This document shows, piece by piece, positions 47,280 to 60,092 of a DNA stretch of 64,000 nt. How positions within the stretch are numbered: the first letter of the stretch is position 1; every line of letters begins with the position of its first letter. Location of the stretch: positions 124,001 to 188,000 of the forward strand of contig NW_015171530.1 of the NCBI RefSeq assembly GCF_001447785.1, in the 5' to 3' direction. Origin of the DNA: Gekko japonicus (lineage: Eukaryota). The notes under the pieces are model-generated. The model searched no databases, was not told where the DNA came from, and saw only the letters and a program-made list of their open reading frames with translations. The translations under genes and the position numbers were made by a program.

Positions 47280-48300
47280 TGCGCGTTTCCGAGCTCGCCA
47301 CCCAGCTCTTCATCAGGCGAGCCGTGAAAGAAAGCAACCCGGGTGGAATCCGCCTAAGCAAACCCTCCCCGCCACTGAACTCAGCCCCGACGGCTTCCAA
47401 AGGCTGGGCAGTCTCTGGTCCTCAAGCCCTTTAAGACAGGAAGAACACACGAGCGCCCTGCCGAGGCTCAGAAGGCCCCCGGGATTCGGCCTCCTCCTGC
47501 TGGGAACGAATCACGGCTAACGGGGACCTGCGCTCAAAAGGTTCCCTCCCCCACCGCCCCGAAAGGTGCCCAGGTGAGCACAAGCGGCGGCGACTCTATC
47601 GCAGTCGCTCCCCCTTCACCCACAACTAGGCAGCACAAGCCGAAACCCGCACAATCGAGCGCCCATTCCTCAGCATCCTTCGCTCAGCGATGAGGGAAGA
47701 TGGGCCATGCCTTCTCAAAGGCGCATGCGCCGCTCTTTTGAAACTTCCGCACGTCCCCTTGCCGTTTTGTAAGCACACCCTGCCCCGCCCCCTCTTCATT
47801 TAAAGTCTACGAACAGGTCCCAGTGGCATCTTTCAAGACCAACAAAAAATTTATTCAAGGTGCGACACCTGGCATAAAATTGTGTTGGTCTTGAGGGTGC
47901 CACCGGATCCTAACTTTCTTCTATGGCTTCAGACCAACCCGGCTGCCCACCTGGGTATATCTTTAAAAGCCTACGAGGTTTGTTTCCTCCAACGTCTTCC
48001 CGCTTGAGTACGCATGCCCGAGGCGTTGTGGAAGCGGCTGGCTACTCACGCGCAAGCGCACCTGGCGGGTGGTGATGGCGCGCACGCGCAGTGGTCCCCG
48101 CTTTCCCTGCCCATTGGCCTGCTTCGGGTGGATGGGGCGGGCTTAGCGCCAAATACAAACGGAGGTTGGGGAGCTTTTCAACGCTCCTTTGTGTGCGAGC
48201 CGCTTCGGACTGAACGGGCTGGCGAGTGGCTGCATGGAGCGGTCCGTAGCGAATTACGTTCCCTCGCAGCAGTCGGCCAGGGTTTAGGCTCTGTTGAGCT
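47280..48300. promoter_or_regulatory. CpG-rich bidirectional promoter region for PAGR1 (-) and KIF22 (+)
   Basis: High CpG density. NRF1 palindrome GCGCATGCGC 47721-47730, CHR-like TTTGAA 47737-47742, ETS ACTTCCG 47743-47749, GC boxes near 47783 and 48134, NRF1-like sites at 48050 and 48080, inverted CCAAT 48113-48117, E2F site GCGCCAAA 48146-48153. Confidence 0.75.
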
Positions 48301-51300
48301 AGAAGTTGGAAGAAGAGTTGGTTTTTTATACCCCGCTCTTCACTACCCGAAGGAGTCTCGGAGCGACTCACAATCGCCTTCCCTTCCTCTCCCCACAACA
48401 GACACCCTGCGAGGTAGGTGAAGCTGAGAGAACTCTTTCGAGGACCGCTCGTGAGGGAACTGTGACTGACCCAAAGGTCACCCAGCGGGCTGCATGTGGA
48501 AGAGGAGTGGGGAATCGAACCCGGTTCTCCCGATTAGAGTTTGCCACTCTTAACCACTAAACCACACTGGCTCTCGGGGTCCCTAAAAGTAGGGTTGCCA
48601 ACCTTCAGGGAGGGGGACTGGCGATCTCCTGGAATTGCAACTGACCTCCAAACCCCGGAGATCAGATCCCCTGGAGGAAAAGGGTAGCTTTACAGGGTGG
48701 ACTGAATGGCGTTATATTCCCCTGAGGTCCTTCCCTTTCCCAAACCCGGCCGTCCCCATGCGCCCTCCCAGAGTCCCCAGGCGCCCTCCCAGAGTCCCAG
48801 AACCTAAAAGGGTAAGTATATCTAGGCTCTGCCTGTGCGATGGGGAGGGCTGGTATCTGAAGGAATGCTGCCTTAGATTCGGTCAGATTCTTCTAGTGAA
48901 GAAGAAAATGTGTGTCTGTAAACGGCTTTGGGTGCTGGAGGTGCTATACAGGTGAGGCCAGTGTGGTTTGCTGGTCATAGGGAACATCCAGGTTAAGATC
49001 TCCACTCTGATGTGGAGGCTGCTTGGGGGGTTTACATCACTCACTACCTCGCAGGGTGGTTGTTGTGAGGCCGAAATGGAGGAGGAGAGAGCAATGTTGT
49101 AAGCTATTTTGGATTCCCACTGGGGGGGGAAGTGGGGTATAAATGTTTTAAGTAAATAAACATTGCTATTGAATAGCAAACTGTGTGGCCCTTGTATGGG
49201 TGAAGAGCCATGTATCAAGGCTATTCCCAGACAAGTTAGGGGACTCCATCTACTTGGGGAACTCTCCAGGTCACCAGGAAAATATGGCTTAGTAAATCAA
49301 TTAAAATTGGACTGAACACAGGATGCTGTATAAGACTGAGTCAAACTTCTGCTAATGTCTACTCTGGCAGTGGCTGCCCAGGGTCTCAGGTGGAGATTTT
49401 TCACATCACCTGCTGATTGATCTTTTCTTCGCTGAGAGTGCCAGAGATTGAAACTGGGATCTTCCGTGGGCAAAGCTATGGTCTCACTGCAAACTGATGT
49501 GACTCCAGAATGGGAGGGAATTTTGAGAAAAGCGGGGTGCCAGTGGGTCTTTCCAACCACATTCCGTTTCTCCCAGTCTCTTGGTGACTAAAGGCCCCGG
49601 TCACACGGCAAAGTTGCTGCGGGAGAGGCACGGATGGTGGGCAGATTATCTGGGCACGATCACACTCCAACATCTGGGAAGTGGAGCGCACCCGTGGCTT
49701 ACCACCAACAATGCGAGTTAAAAAACTAGTACCTCCAAGGTACTAGTAAACGTTTGCCACGGGCTGCCTCCAGACGCCTGTGGTTTGATCGCGCTGGAGC
49801 GTGGCATTCCCCTCTGGTCCCTTGTTTACCCGCTGGCACCGAGGGAAGGACCCGTGGTGTGCAGCCGGCGCGTCTGATCGCGTAATCAAACTGCGCCGGG
49901 GCAATTAGCCACGCCTCCCCGCCGCCGCCGCGATATCCGGCCCGTGTGATGGGGGCCAATATTTATTATATTCTACCTTTCCTCCATTATGGAATTCAGC
50001 GTGGTTTAGGGCTCCCATGTAAGTAATAGGCAGAATCAGACCTATCTCACCTTCAAATCTGTTTGCTGTTACCATATTCTTTCCAACTGTACCCTCAGCC
50101 TAATTGACCCCTGTGAATGAATACATTTTCTCCTGGGAGGCTGGCAAGGAGAAAGCCTCCACTTTGCATTGTAACGTTTATTTCTTTCTAGGCAGAGGTG
50201 GAAGTCAGTTCCCTTTTACCTCAGCCACTGCCCCCTATATTGGGGGTGGTGCCTCAGCCCACCTACAGACAAAAGGGATGGTCCAGCTTCCCCCTTCTCC
50301 CCTCCCCCTTCTTCAGGCAGGGAACAGAGAGTTGAGGGTGTCAAGTTCTAGAGAGGCTTGAGGAAGGAATTTTTTGGAGATGACAGGAAAAGCTTCCTTG
50401 ACTTGGGCTGACTGGGGTCAAGGGAGTGGAGTATCAGAGATTATAAAATCTTGCCAGAGGAAGGTGGTCTCTTTTCCTGGGATGCTGAGACCATGAGAGG
50501 AAACACAAAGACCTCTCCTCTGGGAAGGTGGCCATTTTTGACCATGTGCTCACCGGGAACTTCAAGGTAATTGGAACTCTGTAGAGAACTAGAACATCTG
50601 AGCTAAAGGGCCTGTCCTATATTTTAACAACTGACAGGGCATGTACAGAGGAAGGGACAGAGGATTTGCGTTTTTACCAATTTCTTTTGGATTCCTTGCT
50701 CAATCTGGTGCTGTGCTAAAAGTATACCTGTAAACATTTTATTAAATACTTACTTCATAGCTTTTAATGCTGGGAGCGGTTTTCTGTACCACATAGACTT
50801 CCACCATCTGGAACACGCTATCTGAAGGGGGGCAGGGGAAAGGCAGGCAGATGGCAAGTGCCTGTTCCTCCAAGGGCACCCAAGGCAGTAATCTATCCCC
50901 ATGGTGACCAGGTGCTAGGCAGTGGAAGACACTGAGCTGAACTTGGAAGGGAAGCTGGGACTCCTGATTCTCCCAGTGGGAAATCCCGACAATTATTAAG
51001 TGGTAGTGGCAGGCTATCCGAGAGTGGAAGTTGGGAACCCCTAGGAGGGCAGGGTAGAATAGGGCCTGCAGGTCAGAGCAGGCTGGTTCCGCTACAACCA
51101 CCCGCCCATTCACCATGTTAAGCTTAGTTTCAGAGGTCTGTTGCCTAAGAATATGGAGGTTGCCTTTAGTCATCATGGTTAGTAGTGGCTGATGGACCTC
51201 TCCTCCATGAATCTGTCTACTCCCTTTGTAAAGCGAACAAAACCAATGACATCTTCACTATATACCCTGACAGCAGATCTCACAATTTCAATATTTTGAA

Positions 51301-54300
51301 CCGCAGGTGCTTTTTAACCATTGTTGACCATTTGCAGTTATATGGTAGTATGGTTGTTTTGCCAGTTTGGCGTAGTGGTTAAGTGTGCGGACTCTAATCT
51401 GGGAGAACCGGGTTTGATTCCCCACTCCTCCAGTTGCACCTGGTGGTGTGACCTTGGGTCAGTCACAAGCTCTGGCACAGCTGTCCTTGAAAAAGAGCAG
51501 TTTGTGTCACAGCTCTCTCAGCCCCACCCACCTCACAGGGTGTCTGTTGTGGGGAGGGGAAGGGAAAGGAGTTTGTAAGCCGCTCTGAGACTCCAAGTGA
51601 AGGGCGGGGTATAAATCCAATCTCTTCTTCTTCTGCCTGCTTACCCTAATGACTTCATGTCTATTTATGCCCCCAAGTAAGCTAGTGACTTGGATTGGGC
51701 ACCTAATGTGTGGATCAGTGTGAAGTGCTAGCCTAGTTTTACCTGTTAAGTTTCATCCTGAAAGGAGTCATAAAAGCCAAATTAAGCACATACAGTTTTT
51801 CTTGTAAAAATAACATTAATTTCATTTGTGGTGCAATACCCCACGTCCTAGCTTTGGTACCTCCTGATTAGCAAGAGACTTGAAAATATGATTGGAAATG
51901 TGTGGATGGAGACTGAGTCTGGATGAGGCTGCAGCAGTTATCTGTTACCCTAGTACCTGGCTAGTTATGAACAGTGGGGCTGTGTCGCTCCAAATGGCTG
52001 CTGGTGCTTCCCGAGGCTAACAATGACAGAAGTTTCCAGTTTCACAGGAATGTAGAGATCACAATTGAAAACCCAGTAAATGTTTCTTGGCGTATGGGGT
52101 TAGGGTTGTCAGTTGCTGTTCTGTCTAACCCCCAAACCTTTTCTCATCGTAGGTATTCATGACGACTAGCCAACGACTAAGTCAGGCCGAGTTCCGGCGA
52201 GTCTCCACTAAAGCACAAGCCCGGGTGCGGGTTTGTGTGCGACTGCGGCCTTGTGTGGGAACTGGACAGGGTCAGAATGCCCCCTGTGTGCGAGGGGTGG
52301 ACTCCCACTCCCTGGAGATCCTCAACTGGAGAAATGAGATGGAGACAATGAAGTACCGGTGAGTTGGGCAGAGGATTCAGGAGGACTGGGTTCCTCCTGA
52401 CCCATAGACCCAGGGTCAGTGAGTATAATTTCCCAGGGCAGCCATGTTGGCTCTGGTAACTGATGTACTCCCACTCAAGGGCTCTTCAGCGCTCTTGTGC
52501 CACCCACCCAGTGAAAGCAGGTCCATGGACACCTCCCCCTTTAGGCACTTCCCTGCTTGCAACCATTTGCCTCCGTCTTGTTTCACATGTGGGAGTGAGT
52601 GAATGAGTGACAAGGGAAGAACTCTCCCAGCGCCTCTGTTGCTGTTTGCACTGTGAGGGAGCAACCCCAAAGAGTCCTTTGCTATATTTTGGCTCGGGGG
52701 TGTGTGTGCCAAGGGTGCACAGTGGTGCTCCCTCTACAGGGGAAGGTACTTTAGATGTTATGGCTGTGCTGGGGAAGCACTTGAGGGTTGGATTTGACCT
52801 CCAGTTGCCTCTTCTACCTTTAGAAACCACTGGTTTTCTAAAAAAGCCAGTGGCCTACAATCATGCCTCCTTTCCGACCAGGTTCGATGCCTTTTATGGC
52901 GAAAAAGCCACCCAAAATGACATCTACATGGGATCAGTTCAGCCTGTCCTGCGCCATCTGCTGGAGGGGCAGAATGCCAGCATCTTGGCTTATGGACCTA
53001 CCGGAGCAGGTGAATATCAAGGGAGGGGGCAAATGGACTAAACCAACCTAGAGGAGCTGAAGTCAAGAAGTGGGCTGGAATTGGGAACTGACCCAGAACT
53101 CTTCTCTGAATTTCTCCCCCCCCCCCCCACACACCCCTTTTCTATCACCAAAATGGCAGGTAAAACACACACCATGTTGGGGAGTCCGGATCAGCCAGGG
53201 GTGATACCACGGGCGCTTCGGGATCTCTTGCAGATGACGAGGAATGCTTCGGGGGATGAGTGGAAGTACTCTATTTCCATGTCCTACCTGGAAATATACC
53301 AAGAGAAGGTAAAAGATGATGAACTAGAGCTCTGTGAGTGAGCAATGACGCGTAGCGGGGAGGAAGACCTGGGAGATGAGATTTGGGGAGAACCTGGCAT
53401 AGAACAAGATGGGGAGGGAGGAGCTGGGCATCATGGGAAAAGCGTTGTCCTTTGGCTTGCAACAGGGGATGCCAGCACGGCTTCTGTTCTCGTCCTCCCG
53501 TTAGCATTTTGTCGAAGGTTGCCGATGCAGCCAGCGCTCCCTCCTGGGACTAGCTGTCCGTCTTGCCATCCCTCAGGTGTTGGATCTCCTAGAGCCCTCC
53601 CTCCACGACCTCCCAATCCGAGAGGATCGCAACCACCACATCCTGGTGCCAGGCCTGACGCAGAAGGAGATCACCAGCTTCTCCGACTTTGAAAGCTTCT
53701 TCCTGCCTGCCAGCGCCAACAGGACGGTGGCGTCTACACAGCTGAACCAGCGCTCCAGCCGCAGCCACACTGTGCTGATGGTATGGGTGAGCCAGACCCA
53801 GGGTTGGCCCCCCTACGCACGCCGGGCCGCCAAACTGTGCCTCATTGACTTGGCCGGCTCGGAGGACAACCGGCGGACGGGCAACAAAGGCCTGCGTCTG
53901 AAGGAGAGCGGAGCCATCAACACTTCACTCTTTGTGCTCAGCAAGGTGGTGGATGCCCTCAACCAGGGGCTGCCTCGGGTGCCCTACAGAGACAGCAAGC
54001 TTACCCGTCTGTTGCAGGTAGTTGGGTCCTCTGGAAGGCCGGCAAATCTTACCGTCGTTGGGGCAAAGAAGGGGTGAGCTTCTCCTAGACATTCTTTTTC
54101 TCTTTAGGATTCCCTGGGTGGCACCGCTCATAGCGTGATCATAACAAACATCGCCCCCGAGAAGAGATACTACTTTGACACTCTCACAAGCCTCAACTTT
54201 GCTGCCAAGTCCAAGCAAGTGGTGAATAAGCCCTTCACACAGGAAACCCTGCCCGATATGGGTAAGGAAAAGCCGGGCCTATTTAAGTTTTGAGCAGAAC

Positions 54301-57300
54301 TGGAACAGAAGTCCTGTTGAGAGGAAGCTAAGATTCCCTAGAGCAAAAGGGGGGAAAAGGATTAAAAGAGTTTGAGGGTATGGTATATAAGAAGTTATAT
54401 AGTAAGAAATTACAGAAGGGACTTGCCATATATGGCTGTTTATTTCTAGTTCTGGGAATATCAAAGTGTAGTTTTGCAAAGATATGGCAACAGATGATTG
54501 TTGAAGTAATTACTGAAAAAGAATGGCAAACATTTTCTCCTCTTCTGTTGCTACAGCAATAAAGACAAGGAAGGGAGTGAAGTTCATCAAGGTCATCTGT
54601 AACTAATATTTAACTCCATATAAATAAGATGTATCATACAAGCAGTCTGCATGTTGGAAATGTGGAGAAAAGGCAGCTGAACTTACACATTTTAGAAATG
54701 TCCAGTGGTGAAAATATTTTGGTCTAAGATTCTTAACAGAAATTTATCATATTATGGAGAGTATCTTCCCTTTAGATCCTAAGGGGGTATTACTTGGACT
54801 AATTAATGCATATTGTCCAGAAGTTGGTATAAGGATGATACTTGCCGTGATTACAGTTGCAAAATTGCTATTAGCGTAAAACTGGAAATCTGGTAAACAT
54901 CTCACAATCAGATCTTGGATTCAAAAAGTATGGTGGGTTGCAAAACTATCAAAATTGTTAGAACTAATTTAATTGCAGTACTGTTGTATTGAAATGTACT
55001 TTTCCCCGATGACTGAAAATGTGATTTTAACATATGTATTGTATTGTAAATTTTTTAAAAATAAAAAGTACCGTAAAGAGGGGAGGGGTTCGGGGTGAAA
55101 GCCAAATGACGGCCCTAGAATCTCCCGCAGTCTGCCCTTTCTCACCCTCAGCAGCAGCCAAGAGACCTTCTGCAGACTCCAGGGATGCAGAGCTTGAGGC
55201 GAAGAGGCCCTGCCTTGAGGAGGACCACCAAACCCAATTGGAGGAGAAGCCGCTCAGGTCAGGCGCCAGGTCTTTTAGCAGTGCGGGTTGAGAGGGAATA
55301 TGGCTTTTGCTGGTGTGGTAGAAGCTGTGGCCAAGGCGTGATAAAGAAAAGCCGAGTCTTTCTCCCCCCGCCAGTTCCTTGATACCTCTGGAGAATCTTG
55401 AGCCGGCCGTGGCCCAACGGCTCTTGCGCCTGGAGGCCCTGGAGAAAGAGCACGCGAGGGCTGGGAGTCATGGGCTGCCCCTCCTCAACACCCCCCGCAA
55501 GGCACGGCAGCGCCTTGTGAAGCAGCTGGAAGAGACCCAGCAGAAACTGAAGGTGAGGCTCTTCCTTTCCCTCTCCTAGGAACAAATGTATCCGTGTGGC
55601 TCAGATGTCTCCTTTCTCCTCCGTGTTCCAACAGGGTTTCTGTAATAATTAACTGCATGCATGTTTGTTTGTCAAATCATATTCCTATTGATATATTACT
55701 CTGTTTAAATGACTACTTAGGACTTTCTTTTTACATGGCCAGTTTGGTGTAGTGGTAAGTGTGCGGACTCCAATCTGGGAGAACCGGGTTTGATTTCCCC
55801 ACTCCTCCACTTGCAGCTGCTGGATGCCGTTGGGCAAGCCATAGTTCTGTCAGAGCTGTCCTTGAAAAAGAGCAGTTTCTGTCAAGAGCTCTCTCAGCCC
55901 CACCTACCTCACAGGGTGTCTGTTGTGGGGAGGGGAAGGGAAAGGAGTTTGTAAGCCGCTCTGAGACTCCTTTGGGTAGTGAAGGACGGGGTATAAATCC
56001 AGTCTCGTCTTCGTCTTCTACTTCCAAAATCGGCAGCTGGCAGGCAGCCCTTGAAGCCAACTCAGCACAGTGCACATGGCTGTTATAAGTAAACATCAGT
56101 GTCCATGGCTTTCATTTCCAAGGTCCTTGCTAGTCTCTGGCCCCTTCTGCCTTACCCACACGGAAGGATGGGGTGGGTGGGGAGGCCAGCTGATTGAATC
56201 TCTGGATCATAACGCCATGCTAGGCCGCGAGCCTGCTAGCAGCATCCCTGATTCTGCTCGACTTCTCTGTCTCTGCAGGCTCTGCAAGAGAGGCAGCAGG
56301 AGATGGAAGCCACAGCTGCTCAGAATGAAAAGCCTGGGCCTGCCCCCCGTCTGCCTGCCAAGCCCCGAAAGAAGGCCGTGGTATTGCCCTTCCAGAAAGG
56401 TGAGCATACTCGAGAGTCCTGCATCCAGATCTTTTCTCCTCTTTCTTATAAGGTTCGAGCTCTCCCCCCCCCCCTTTCTTTCCAGTGCAGACACCCGAGA
56501 AGACCCAGGAAGAAGACACTGTGACCATCATACAACAGAGGAAGAGAGGACGGAAGAGGAAGGTGTGTCTGTGTGTGTCTGTGTGGGTGGGGGGTTGGGA
56601 CACTCATGGTAAGCAAGAATTGAATGCTTAAAGCTGGATGGAAAACAAAGCCAGAAAGAGGGGAAATGTCAAACCAAAGCAGCACAGGAGCTAGTCAAAG
56701 CCAACGGTGTCCCCTGCTCAGCTATCTTTGACACCTTTTTAGTGGAGACTGAATGTAGTGTTCCATATGTGGGAAATGTGGTCTGAACCAGTAGTTTTTG
56801 AGCTTTGTACATGGTCTCATCTGCTGACGAAGCCGGTATGCTGCAGAGAATCCTGAGGTGTGATCTAGCCCGTGTTCTTAGCACAGAGCATTTGCCAGGA
56901 CTGTGGAGCAGCCTCCTCTTTCTGCACGAATGAGGAATATAACAACAGGAAAGAGTATTAGTTTAGTTTTGTGTATTTATGGGCCACCTTGGAACTAAAC
57001 AGTCCTCGACGTGGTTTACAACAAAAATAGAATACGGTGGTGGTGGTGGTGGGAAGAGCCATCAAGTTGCAGCCAAAGTATGGTGACCCTGTGGGGTTTC
57101 CAAGGCAAGACTAACACAGGTCGTCTGCCACTGCCTGCCTCTGCACAGTAACCCTGGACTTCCTTGGTGGTCTCCCATCCAAATCCTAACCAGAGCTGAC
57201 CCTGCATAGCTTCCAAGGTCGGGCTAGCCTGGGCCATGCAGGGCAATATGGTACAAATCAATTAAAAGCCAGTAAAATACAATCAGAAGGAGGGAGTCAG

Positions 57301-59594
57301 CTTCCCAATAGTGCCGCTTGCCCTGCCACACTGTACCTTACTGATCTAACTCAAAGGCCCTCTTGTTAAGATACGTCTTCACACCCATCCAGTTGGCCTT
57401 TTGGGAAACAATTGTCTTCATCAGCTCCCGAGGAAAGGAATTCCAAAATGGGAGGAGGGAGATCAGTGGTTATGGGCAAACAGTATTTCCGGGAAGCTTT
57501 TCCATCACTGCTCATTGAGGTAAACCCATTCACGAGTTTCTGAGATGTGTCGGAAGAGGCCAGGTCAGGAAGTAGTCCAAAGAAGACAGTGTGACATCTC
57601 ACCCCCTTCTCCCTTTTGATGACTGAGCAGACTTCGGTCTCCAGCTGTGAAAACGAAGCTCCCACCGAATGGGAGATGGCTTTGCGACCTGATTTGCTGG
57701 CTCGTGCCAAAGAGAACATCTTGGCCCTCCTGAACACAGGCTCGGAGAAAGATCTCATGGCTCTGCACCGGATTGGCAAAAAGAAGGCTCTGCTCATTGT
57801 GGCCTGGAGAGACCTCCACGGGTCGTTTAAGAAGGTGAGTAGACGCTGCAGAGAGTAGGTATCATTTCTCTGGGTGATGAAGCTGTTACTTCCGAGAGGG
57901 AATAGCTGTTCGAACAGAAAACACTGTGTGGACTTTGGCCTGCTACCTTAACAGGTAATGCGGTCCTGACCAGTGTTCCCTCTAAGCTGAGTTAGTGTGA
58001 GCTAGCTCACAGTTTTTTAACCTGGCTCACACATTTTTGTCTTAGCTCAGTAAGGATGGCTTTAGAGCAAGCTAATTGATGCAGCAGCCAAATCGCTCGC
58101 TCACAACTTTAATGCCAGTAGCTCACAAAGTAGAATTTTTGCTCACAAGACTCCACAGCTTAGAGGGAACATTGGTCCTGACTCACTGCTTTGAAAGCCA
58201 GTGTGGTGCAGTAGGAAAAAAATATTGGATTAGGAAGACCTGGGTTCAGAAGTTCAATTCATTGGGTGACCCTGAATTAGTCACTTCTTATAACCTAACT
58301 CACCTCATCACGGGTGGTAAAAATAGTTACAGTCCAAAATGAGGGCACCAGCGTGGTCTGATAGGCAGAGCTGGTCTTGATCACGGGAGAGCTGGCTTCA
58401 AATCGATCTTCTGGGCAGCCTTGAATACGTTGACTCATGCTCAACTGTGGAAGAGAGGAGACACTCGTTCCAGAACAGTGTCCACCATTTAGAGGAGGAG
58501 ATTTATAGCTGCTATTGTCCAGTTCCACCAGAATACTGGAACCACAGTGGACCTTCATACCGACAGCCTTTTGCATGAGGTCATCTTCCTCACTTTCCAG
58601 AGCACAGCTAGCCTGCAGTAGTGTCACTGATCCAGACACAGTTGTGTGTTCCAGGTGTGCCTCATTCTGAGCAGTTCTTATGCCTTGCTTGGTTCTTAGA
58701 TATGTCCACCTGTGTGATTTGGCAGCTGTATAATGCCACTGCATCTCTCCCCAGGTAGAAGACTTTGAAAAAATTGAAGGGATCTCCGCCAAGCAAGCAG
58801 CTTCCTTTATAAAGGTATGCATTCAGTCCTGTTTACAGGAATGGTTAAGGGGGAGACAAGGCAGTGCTGTGTTTCGGTATATCATATTATGTCGAAGCAA
58901 TTTGTTGGGCTTAAGGAGTAGATTTTTAAGGCTGTATCCTTGGGGTTCAGTCCTGACCTATGGAAATATAAGAGTTTTCCCCAGTAATTTTCGATAGAAT
59001 CTAGGTTGCACCATTGTTTGCATCTTACCTTCTCTTGTTCCAACGACCCCTATGTACTTCTGACAGCTGGAATGCTCTCACAGCTGCAAAATGAGTGGGC
59101 TAATTTGGGGTCACCAAAGGGGTATGTTGCAACCTGAGTAATCCTGTGTAGGAGAGGCTAAACAGGCGGGAGTTCCCTCATCAGCCTCTGTGTCCCATCC
59201 AAGAAGTCCCATAGCAGAGAGGCTAGCAAAAAGAGGTCATGGGTGGCACATTGACAGCCTGAAAGCAGAAAGGGGCAATACTTTCAATTTACACACTGCA
59301 TCACCAGGATGCAGTTTGTTCTGGCGTTTCCTGAGTCACCATTTACATTGTTGTTCCTAAAAAGCTTGAGGATTTGTATTTAGAAGCAGAAGGGAAGAGG
59401 CGTTCAGAAATGGGAGCTGTGGAATATCACATTGTGCTTGAAGTCATGTGACGTACTTGTGTGCATGAGAAGATCTGAGACGATAAGCTGTTTTAACATC
59501 CTTGTTTTCCTTTCCTCTTCCCCTCTCTCTCCCCACCCTTCCTTTCCAGGCAAATATCCTGAGCTGCCTTGGAAACCTTCAGCCACTAGACTGA
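48234..59594 (+). CDS. KIF22: Kinesin-like protein KIF22 (Kid, kinesin-10 chromokinesin), about 620-640 aa
   Basis: Tentative exon 1 at 48234-48281. Clear exons: 52153-52358 ([10 protein letters not shown]), 52882-53009, 53160-53308 (P-loop GPTGAGKT spans the junction), 53577-54017 ([28 protein letters not shown]), 54108-54261, 55152-55257, 55375-55552 (LLNTPRK), 56279-56399, 56486-56562, 57631-57834 (HhH: [21 protein letters not shown]), 58755-58814, 59550-59594 (TGA). All in phase. The start could instead be the ATG at 52159. Confidence 0.92.
49593..49957. mobile_element. PIF/Harbinger-like MITE
   Basis: GGCCCCGGTCACACGG...CCGTGTGATGGGGGCC ends; shares the ACTAGTACCT...AGGTACTAG palindrome. 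Confidence 0.6.
51361..51633 (+). mobile_element. CORE-type tRNA SINE, full length
   Basis: Same family as 34428-34707. Confidence 0.8.
54290..55068 (+). mobile_element. Decayed L1/Tx1-like LINE 3' fragment
   Basis: AT-rich; about 54652-54725 translates to CWKCGEK..LTH...CP...FW (C-terminal Zn knuckle, frameshifted); ends in AATAAAAA. Confidence 0.5.
57971..58174. mobile_element. hAT-type MITE, family B
   Basis: 8-bp TSD GTCCTGAC. Confidence 0.85.
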
Positions 59595-60092
59595 TTGTAC
59601 AGTCCACTTCCTCTGCGCCTTGGTTTTTATGAACAATGTTCCGGGTTTAAATTAATTTCTGTGCATTTAATGAATCAAAATGAAATACAACATTCTTACT
59701 TTTATCATCTCTTTCTCCAGTCCCTTCTATATGTAATTTGTAGTGGTTAAGTGCGTGGACTCTAATCTGGGAGAACCGGGTTTGATTCCCCACTCCTCCA
59801 CTCACAGCTGCTGGATGACCTTTGGCTAGCCATAGTTCTGTCAGAGCTGCTCTTGAAAGAGCAGTTTCTGTCTGAGCTCTCTCAGCCCCACCTACCTCAT
59901 AGGGTGTCTGTTGTGGGGAGGGGAAGGAAAAGGAGTTTGTAAGCCACTCTGAGTGAAGGGCGGGGTATAAATCCAATCTCCTCCTCCTCAACATTCATTA
60001 CTACAAACACATATAAAACTCAGTACAAAAGGGGGGGGCGTAACCTAAAGTAACGTTCTCTAATCTTATCTGCTAGCTATTTGACCATGCAA

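Noticed and set aside
50170-51096. Possible solo LTR (TGTA...TACA ends)
   Set aside because: No matching TSD and no second copy in the window; cannot be supported without a repeat search.
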